Of a DNA stretch of 64,000 bases, positions 56,475 to 64,000 are shown one piece after another. This DNA is from Octopus bimaculoides. Its lineage: Eukaryota. Below the pieces are notes generated by a model, which saw only the letters and a list, made by a program, of their open reading frames with translations, searched no databases and was not told where the DNA came from. The translations under genes and the position numbers were made by a program. The stretch's first letter is position 1. Each line of letters starts with the position of its first letter. The stretch spans positions 156,295,176 to 156,359,175 of the forward strand of contig NC_068981.1 of assembly GCF_001194135.2 (NCBI RefSeq), read 5' to 3'.

Positions 56475-57539
56475 AGTAGTAGTAGTAGGCATCCGTCGGT
56501 CATGAGAGGCCATGGATCTGCACCCAAAGAAATTGCATATATAAATATATATATGTATATAATAGGCCATATTATATGCGCGTGTGTATGTGTGTGTGTG
56601 TGTTGAATGCCATGGAGGTGATGACAAGTGATTGAGACTTTGGGGATTTGCTGTGCTCGAGAAGATACATCAAGCCAAGTTAAATCATAGTCATGGCTAG
56701 TGCCAGTAACATGTAAAAGACACCCACTACACTCTTGGAGTGGTTGGTGTTAGGAAGGACATAAAGCCATAGAAACCAAACCAAATCAGACTGGAGCCTG
56801 GTACAGCTTTCCAGCTTACCAATCCCAGTCAAACCATCTAACCCATGCCAGCATGGAAAATGGATGGTAAATGATGATGATGATGTATGTGTATATGTAT
56901 ATATGTATGAATGTGTGTGTGTAATATTATATGATATCATATATAATACATATATTTTGCATGATATTATGATAGATATTATTTAAGTTTTATAGATAGT
57001 ATTATGTAGGTTCTAGTTGACAATTGGTAGAAGAGACAACAAGTTAGAAGTTCAAGTTAGTGTTATGACTAGGGTGCCATATATTTGGTTTTGCACAAAG
57101 TATTCTTCTAAAAAAATGTTTAAGAAAACATAAGAAAATTATAAGTTTGTTTTAAAATTTGAGTTAACATATTATTAATATAATTATAATTATTATTATT
57201 GTAAATCTAAAATGTTTCATTTATTGTGTCTTTTCTAATGAGCAAATTTCGCTAATACATAATTAATGAAACAATAGCATCTACCTAAGATATTGTTTAA
57301 TTTTGCCTATAGACACCATAAAATCAATATTATTTTTAGCTGACCATATCATTTTTTTGGCCTCTTATTATTTTTCCACATGTTAAATTGAAAATGTTAG
57401 GTAAGAATGAAATAATTCTATATCAGTTAAAAAATACCATCTAGTTATGTCAAGAGAAAAAGTAGCATCCATAAGGCATACCTGAAATAGTGTTGATCTG
57501 TGTGAGAGCAAAAGCCAGAACGAAAATATAAGCATTCAT
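47923..57539 (-). CDS. Secreted cysteine-rich protein with 20 tandem six-Cys VWC-half/pacifastin-like repeats (kielin/chordin-like-type annotation likely), ~879-898 aa
   Basis: Minus-strand exons 57539-57482 (signal peptide MNAYIFVLAFALTQINTISG), 54849-54739, 52967-52887, optional 52744-52688, 51159-51004, 50156-47923; all introns phase 1 with AG/GT. Repeat consensus C-x-Y-x-G-x2-Y-x2-GE-x-F-x-D-x-C-N-x-C-x-C-x3-G-x3-C-x4-C. No transmembrane segment seen. Confidence 0.85.
50603..50765 (+). mobile_element. RTE-tail copy in the last intron of the repeat-protein gene
   Basis: Same UTR and (gat)n tail. Confidence 0.7.
51004..51159 (-). CDS. Repeat-protein exon 5: one six-Cys repeat (CTYNGIKVNRGTTILLDDKCTECDCQGNNKYLCTNDAC)
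   Basis: tatcacatag / gtaagt, 156 nt, phase 1-1. Confidence 0.88.
52688..52744 (-). CDS. Possible repeat-protein exon 4 (CCLLSQNQPEQTRPSALR)
   Basis: The only phase-1/1 solution found near donor gtaaaa at 52687; the acceptor (gacaacag) is weak and skipping keeps the frame. Confidence 0.35.
52887..52967 (-). CDS. Repeat-protein exon 3 (MLNATCPNVRPMNATKACNETRECRI)
   Basis: cttttcttttcag / gtactg, 81 nt, phase 1-1. Confidence 0.72.
53150..53500 (+). mobile_element. RTE/RTE-X-type LINE ORF 3' fragment
   Basis: LLAHVKKRKLVWYSHI...LSKTILQGTVKGG...SWPDNIKEW. Confidence 0.7.
54160..54552 (+). mobile_element. SINE family 2
   Basis: cccaaccacatggttccggattcagtcccactgcatggcaccttgggcaagtg...aaatgactgaaacaagtaaaagaataaaag. 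Confidence 0.8.
54739..54849 (-). CDS. Repeat-protein exon 2 (FVIPKSEIPTPIPLVIASKFTEKIKFDHTTRPYNEM)
   Basis: ttcttttatttcag / gtaagt, 111 nt, phase 1-1, open. Confidence 0.8.
55273..55390. repeat. 65-bp-period tandem duplication (2 copies)
   Basis: atgg(t/g)aagcttatcagat...aattattataatggtgaata at 55273-55325 and 55338-55390. Confidence 0.75.
55388..55821. repeat. (TA)n - 352-N assembly gap (55427-55778) - (GT)n
   Basis: Direct reading. Confidence 0.95.
55860..56420 (-). mobile_element. LINE (RTE-like) 3' end with three tandem C2H2 zinc fingers, decayed
   Basis: CTVCDRPCLSFAGLKSHLQTH, CSECQMVCKSNGGLKRHFKIH, CNLCGCLFRTLSSLKSHIRCH in one frame separated by two stops; ends in a microsatellite tail. 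Confidence 0.65.
56605..56885 (+). mobile_element. RTE 3' end/tail copy
   Basis: gctgtgctcgagaagatac..caagccaag ORF end plus UTR plus (gat)n tail. Confidence 0.7.
57482..57539 (-). CDS. Repeat-protein exon 1: signal peptide
   Basis: atcatcATG start, hydrophobic core YIFVLAFAL, donor gtatgc, phase 1 matches the next exon (ISG/FVIP). Confidence 0.75.
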
Positions 57540-57647
57540 GATGATTTCTTTGATGTAATATCCTCTTGTATATTGCAGTGATTGAAAACTGGCACAGCAG
57601 TTGAATACTGGCACATCAGTTATATTAATGAAAAGATCACGACTAGA

Positions 57648-57662
57648 ACAGTATATATATAA
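57648..57662 (-). promoter_or_regulatory. Possible TATA box of the repeat-protein gene
   Basis: Minus-strand ttatatatatac about 110 nt upstream of the ATG; TA runs are common here, so weak. Confidence 0.25.
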
Positions 57663-58609
57663 CAGAGGTAATTTGAATAATTAATTATTATGCAATATTT
57701 TGCAAAACTTTTTATAGAAGGTCCAACCTCTTTTGGATTTTTTTCACAAATATTTCTTTGTTTTCAGAATATAATATCAGAAAACATGAGGAAATAAACA
57801 AAACTTTCTATGAAATGAAAGTATCATTGTTCTTCATTCTCACGCATTAAAAACTTGTTATACAAGAATGATACATCCGTAATATCTGGATTTAATACAG
57901 ACTTCCTAAACATTCAGTGTTCAGTTGTTCATTATAAAGTTTTATTCTTACAAACAGACATTATTTTTCTCTTAAAGTTTCTTTTCCTGGGAAAAAAAAT
58001 CACAAACATGTGAAAGAAGGACATGTTATTTTATAAAGGCCAATGCCTCGTGACTTAAAAATCACACATTTGTAAATCGTAAAAATGAGTACATATGCAA
58101 AAAAGAAAAAAAAAAAAAGATTGCTTCAGCATGACCTTGAAGCCATGATTCAAGTAGTCTAAATAACTAACGACAATGAAAAACATTTTGAAATAATAGT
58201 AGTGTCTTCCTAGGTACCCTTCCTTTCTTCAAATATATTTTCAACAAAAATATTTTTAATGCTTGCATAAGAAAAGACAAATATATTCAGAAAAAGTTGT
58301 TATAGTAAACCATTCATGAAGTTGGGGCTATAATGACTTTTAATTAACTAAGATAAATATATAAAGGGTGGAGGTGGGTGAAGGTTCTGGAAGTAAATAC
58401 AATGTGATAAAGCTGAGACTTATGCGCCATCATTTCAATCATTGTATTGATTCCCGTGAATCAGTTAAACCAATTCCAAAAATCTGAAAAAGCTAATATT
58501 TAGAGAATTAATAATTTCTCTGTGGAATTATTTTGTATTTTACTGCTCTCACATGCTCACTGATAATTTGTGAGTGGAATTTGGTTGACAGAACTAGGCA
58601 AAAGCTTAT

Positions 58610-58755
58610 ACGTACATACATACATGTATGCATGCATGCATACATACATACATACATACATAATACATACATACATACATACATACATACATACATGTGT
58701 ACATACATGCGTGCATGTATACATACACACACACACACATATACACACACACATG
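58610..58755. repeat. (CATA)n/(CA)n compound microsatellite
   Basis: Direct reading. Confidence 0.9.
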
Positions 58756-58810
58756 TATGTATGTTTCATTTCAAGATTTCTTACCAATAGAGAAAGAGCC
58801 GGTTTCTATT

Positions 58811-58843
<33 letters not shown>

Positions 58844-58879
58844 TCTTTCCAGTTAGGGCCAGTTATGCAACACTGGCAT

Positions 58880-59092
58880 CGGCCATGACTATGATCTCAC
58901 TTGGCTTGACAGGTCTTCTGATCCCTTATCTGATGGTCAATGTGGAAACTGGGATAGATGAGTGGTTGGTGAGAGCTGTACAAGCCATGTACAGGCATGC
59001 TGTCATTTAGCAGATGGTTGGCAACGAGTATACCGAAGAATCCAGGGTACAAGTAGGGGTTCACCAAGGATCAGTCCTCAGCCCCTCTTCAC
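58880..59092 (+). mobile_element. RTE RT fragment
   Basis: GIDEWLVRAVQAMYR...VGVHQGSVLSP. Confidence 0.7.
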
Positions 59093-59379
59093 AATCAATT
59101 TCCTATCGTCTACGTACGTTTCAATTTCTTACCTTCATTCATATTTTGCAATTAAGATTGCATTATGTATTTAAAAGGTAAAAATCTCTTCAGGGCAAAA
59201 AATTGACAAATATTTGTTCACATCCTAATGGATGGAGAACTGCTTAGGATCTGAACGAATATTTGACGATTTTTTGCTCTGAAGAGATTTTTGCCTTTTA
59301 AATGCATAATGCAATCTTAATTGCAAAATATGAATAAAGGTATGAAATTGAAATGTACGTAGACAATATGAAATTGATT
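59093..59379. repeat. 287-bp hairpin (probable MITE)
   Basis: 136-nt arms 59093-59228 / 59244-59379, about 90% complementary, 15-nt loop. Confidence 0.85.
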
Positions 59380-59600
59380 ATTATATAAATTGACTTTTTC
59401 TGTGTTCAAACTCTCCATTTTCCTTATTTATATTATTAAAATTATGTTCTATTATATCGAATGGATGAAAACATCTATAACGACAACTGGAACTTCATAA
59501 GTATTAACACTAGTACTAACACAAATTAATGAAATCCAAAGTATATTTATCAATATGGAGCTAAACCAGTGTACGCTTGGATAAAATACATCCCTGTTGT

Positions 59601-62600
59601 TGTAACGTAATTTGTTACGTACAATAAATAAGATAACCAGACAACGGAATAAACAATGTAACAAACTAACAAATTACTTTACAAACCAACAATCAATATT
59701 CCTTGTAAATTAACCAACTGACAAATCTTTCAGCCTACTCATTTGACCCCAGGTGGTAGGGCGGGATAGATATTATGTACTTTATGGCATGTATTTTGCA
59801 GAAATTTCTTAATTCATATCCCGTAAATTGTGTTCCATTATCTAAAACTAACGTGTCTGGAACACAGTAACGAGCAAATAACTCGAGTAGGAACTTTATT
59901 GTTGTCTTTGCTGCGGTTTTATTACATCCGCATACCTCTGGCCACTTTGTATAGCTATCCGCAACGATTAGATAGTATGCACCGTTCACTGGTCCAGCGT
60001 AGTCCATATGTATCCTGGACCATGGGCTCTCAGTCTCCGACCACGATTGGTATTTTACTGGTGGTGATTTGGTTGCCAACGCGCAACCTCTACATGCTTT
60101 CACCAATTTCTCGATATACCTGTCCATAGTCGGTCAATATACAAAGCTCCTCATTAAAGCTTTCATTCTGGACATTCCCGAGTGCCCACAGTGGAATTGT
60201 TACAATACACGTTTCTGTAGTGCACTTGGTACTACTACTCTCTGCGAGTACATTAAGACATCGTTGCATAATAAGAAATTATTTGAATCTGTATTTTTAT
60301 TATGCTTATTTTTCAATGTTTCTTTCATTCTTGTAATGTAACTATCCTCTACAGATTTCATTTTTATATCATGCGCTGTGACCGGCAGTTCCTGGATTAT
60401 ATTACACACAATACTTCTTTCTTCATTTTCTGACTGCAATGACACTATCACAGTCTCTTTTAGCGGTTCCACGCTCTTGGGAATTAGCCTCGATAAGCAG
60501 TCTGCATGACCAATTTTCTTCGACGGAATATACTGCATCTTAAAATTATAGTTCATCAATATTGTACCCCAACGTTGTAGTCGGTTCGCTGTATGGGTAG
60601 GCAGTTCCTTCTTTTATCCAAAAATTGATAGTAATGGTTGATTGTCGGTTTGTAACAAAAATCTACCATGTAAGAATTTGTGAAATTTTTTTTATCGCAA
60701 AAATAATCGATAGAACCTCCTTCACTATCTGACTATACTTTTTCTCTGCTGCTATCAGTGAATGCGAAGTATGAACTACTGGCTTCATATTTCCATATTT
60801 AGGATTGTGTAGCAAGACTGCTCCTATTCCATACTCCAAAGCATCAGACGCTACAACAATATCCATTCTAGGATCGAAATGCGTTAGTGACATGTCAGAA
60901 ATTAGTATTTTCTTTATGTCTTCTAATGTGTTTTGGCACTTTATTGACCAATTCTATTTTAGTCCATTTTTTTAGTAAATCGTTTAATGGTGCTTTCAAT
61001 TTATGTATATTTGGAATGTTCTGTTGATAGTAATTTACTAGGGCAAAGAAAGCTTGTAATGTCGGTATATTCATTGGAGGAATATACCCTTGATTGCATC
61101 TGCCCTCGACGGGTCAGGACGTCTTCCATTCTTATCTATGATTTGACCTGGGTATTTGATTTTTGGCAAAAAAAAAATTCACACTTCTCTTCACTGAGTG
61201 TGAAACCATAATCCTTAATCTTTTCAAAGACACACTTCACTTGTTCGATATGTTCATTCCGTGATTCGCTTTTGATTAACACGTCATCACCTGTTGAAAT
61301 ATTGCAGGTGCTACCTTCAGTCCAAAAGATAGTCTATTGTATTTGTATAGATCTCTGTGCGTGTTGACCGTTAATATCCTTGAATATTTTTTTACCTATT
61401 TTGATTTGCAGATATGTATCAGAAAGATTGAGTTTTGAAAATATTTTTCCTCCGTTTAGTTTTGTAAAAATATCTTCTGGGGTCAGTAGTGGATAATGGT
61501 TAATTTTTAAATGGTAATTTAAACCAGTCGAAAAATCAGCACAAAACTTAATTTTGATATTTTTCGTAATTATACATACAATCGGAGCTGCCCATTTCGT
61601 GTAATCCACTTTTTCAATGATTCCGTTTTTTTCCCCAATCTGTCCAACTCATCGTCCACTTGTGTTATTGCCGCAAAAGGCACTTCCTATTAGGCTTGAA
61701 CACAGGTGTAACGTTATCATCTAATTCAAAACATGCTTCAGTATTAGTGCATAGACCTAGTTTGTCCGAGAGTACTTGCAGAAACATTTAGAAAAAATTT
61801 TTTCTTTAACTCTTCAGACGAATTACTTTTAAAGGGACATCCGTTTACGTTTTGACAATAGATATTTATGGGAAGGTCCCATAAATCGAATAATTCTAAC
61901 CAATCGGTACCAAACAAATTGGCTGCATTTTTAACGGAGAAAACTTTCGCCTTGCATGTTTTCCCTCGAATTGTGACATTAATCCGCATTTCGAATATGA
62001 GATGAAATTTGTCGCCCGTCACACTATGAACAGATATCGCTGTTTTTCTCAACATAGATTTCCCTATTAATAAATATGTGTCCATATTTATTAATGAAAT
62101 ATCACTTCCAGTATCCAATTGAAGTTTAATATGTATTCCATTTATTTTTACGTGTACGAATTTTCTCATTTGAGAGTCGATTTTTGTTTCTACTGAGAGC
62201 ACTCTAGGATTTTTTAGCGTTTGACCATCGTAATTTTGTTCTGCAGTGTGAACTCTTGTAACCAATTCTTTTACAACTGTAACATTTTTTATTTTTAAAT
62301 AGACAGTCTTTTCTGAAATGTATACCACACATCCATAACATGGATAAGGACGTGGCGCTCTATTTTGGTTGTACTTTTCCGGGCGGCATATCTGCATTTT
62401 TGAGGAATCCTTTTCTTGAATTTTTTCTGCTTCGTATTTCAGGTTTGCCATCCTTTGGCATTCTTCTGCTACGGACTGTAAGGTTAGATCTTGGTTCGCT
62501 TGTTCCAATTTAGAAAGAATTCTTGCCCGAATTTCTGTATCTTCACTTGCTGTAAGGCCTTATACGAAAATACGACACTTGAATATCTCAGATATAAGTT

Positions 62601-63441
62601 CTTTGAGTTTAAAATTTTCACACATCCTGTTGACTGTTCCTGCCTATGTGATAAAATCATCATCTTTTTTTGTTATATTCCGACACTCCATTCTAGTGTT
62701 AAATAGAAAAGTTTTATCACCGAATTTGTTAGACAGTAATTCTATTGTTTCTTTAAAACAAATTTTATTGGGGGTTTTTTTTTGGGGGGGGGTAATATGA
62801 AATTACAGCTGGCAGAAACGGAGTTCAAATTCTGCCAAGGTCGACTTTGCCTTTCATTCTTTCGGGGTCGATTAAATAAGTACCAGTTAAGCACTGGGGT
62901 CGATGTAATCGATTTAATCCCTTTGTCTTTTCTTCTTTGTCCCTCTATGTTTAGCCCCCTGTGAGCAATAAAGAAATAAATATGAAATTGCAGTAACGTT
63001 CATGCTCTAATGGAGCTAATTTTCGCAATAACAATCTTTTTTTTTTGTTCGTCCGGCCATGATTTGCGATCTTGTTTTAAAATCTCCCCGTACCTTCTGT
63101 TGTACGATGCAAAAGTTATACTCTCTTCTGAATATTAACTAAATTCACTAATCGAGTTCGAACCGCTGTCTGGCGAAAACGAACTTATCTCATTTCTGGA
63201 CATCGTTGAATATAGCTCCAATAACTGTTATAGTACTATCCAAGCTAATAGGTCTTCCATTATTTAACAAGCTGTATCACGAACAAATTGTTAAATAACC
63301 TACGTGAGCTTTGAAACCCTCGTCGACAGATATTGTAAAGTAATTTGTTACGTACAATAAATAACCAAGCAAAAGTAAAAAACAATGTAACGAACTAACA
63401 AATCTCTTTACGAACCAACAATCAATATTCCTTGTGCGACA
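59601..63441 (-). mobile_element. Decayed Ty3/Gypsy LTR retrotransposon (Mag-type gag-pol)
   Basis: Direct LTR repeats 63334-63441 (5' LTR possibly extends to 63620) and 59601-59706; PBS-like tgtcgacgagg after the 5' LTR. Order gag, protease LDTGSDISL, RT KWAAPIV, RNase H VASDALEYGIGAVL, integrase CRGC/DYAGP/DNGTQFT; many stops, deletions and frameshifts. Confidence 0.92.
62805..62978 (+). mobile_element. Internally deleted tRNA-type SINE inserted in the Gypsy gag
   Basis: 11-bp TSD aatatgaaatt (62794-62804 / 62979-62989); gagttcaaattc B-box-like, ggggtcgat body. Confidence 0.88.
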
Positions 63442-63649
63442 TCTTCCGACTTCACTGCGAAGTAACACGAATTTCACTCGACTCTGAACCTCAAACTCAA
63501 TCGGAATGTTATTATCTATACTTTACTCAAAGCAGTCTATCCCTCACACGGGGGGAATGAAATAAACATGAAATGAAAAAATCGTATAAATAAAAGGGCA
63601 TTACTACCGATGTATATACATCCCCGACTTTGTTGCCTCATGACATCCA

Positions 63650-64000
63650 GAAAAATGGATACTTTTTAACAAAATTTTCTACAAATAGCGCTTAGATGTT
63701 GTGGCTTCAGAGTATATAGGGATTAATGAGAAAGAACTTTTCCGAGGGGGTGGAGAGATGAGTTTTGGAAAATTCTCACGATCTGAATTTTTTCCCTCAT
63801 AACTTTAAGGAAGATGGGTATCTTTTAGTGAAAATTTATGCAAATCCCTTCCAAACGGCATAGATTACGATTATACAGAAATTTGTGGGGTAATTTTTTT
63901 TCAGGGACTTTCCCTATTTTTTTTTTAAACCACACCCTTCGAAATGATGGGGGTGGGGGGGCATCTTTATATGAAAAATTTTGTAAACTCTTTTTTTTAC
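63650..64000. mobile_element. Fragment of the same subrepeat-rich DNA element family as 35200-36360 (runs off window)
   Basis: aaaatggatactttttaacaaaattttctacaaa and cataactttaaggaagatgggtatcttt motifs. Confidence 0.45.

Overview
AT-rich, repeat-dense animal genomic DNA. The SINE/RTE repeat landscape, microsatellites and gene content suggest an octopus-type cephalopod (inference). There are two assembly gaps (10443-10452, 55427-55778). Three spliced protein-coding genes can be reconstructed by hand. (1) The 3' nine exons of DNTTIP1 (+, 889-21177), a MiDAC/HDAC1 complex subunit. (2) A compact GLIS2 zinc-finger gene (+, 37509-43241). (3) A convergent minus-strand gene (57539-47923) for a secreted ~880-900 aa protein made of 20 six-cysteine VWC-half/pacifastin-like repeats, 19 of them in one 2.2-kb exon. 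The rest is transposon debris: mariner (DD34D) and maT (DD37D) elements, Merlin-like and hAT MITEs, Helentron-type HINEs, RTE and CR1/L2-group LINE pieces, Penelope-like elements (PLE), a decayed Gypsy LTR element and tRNA-type SINEs. The most unusual signal is a set of PLE-linked minimal hammerhead-ribozyme folds with non-canonical but compensatory 3:8 core pairs (G3:C8 at 12576-12582; U3:A8 at 27662-27668 and its inverted copy), each with an extra G before stem II. Next are the 20-repeat secreted protein and two unrelated MITE families that each carry inverted TTAGGG telomere-repeat hairpins. Everything was read by eye; no database search or folding program was run.
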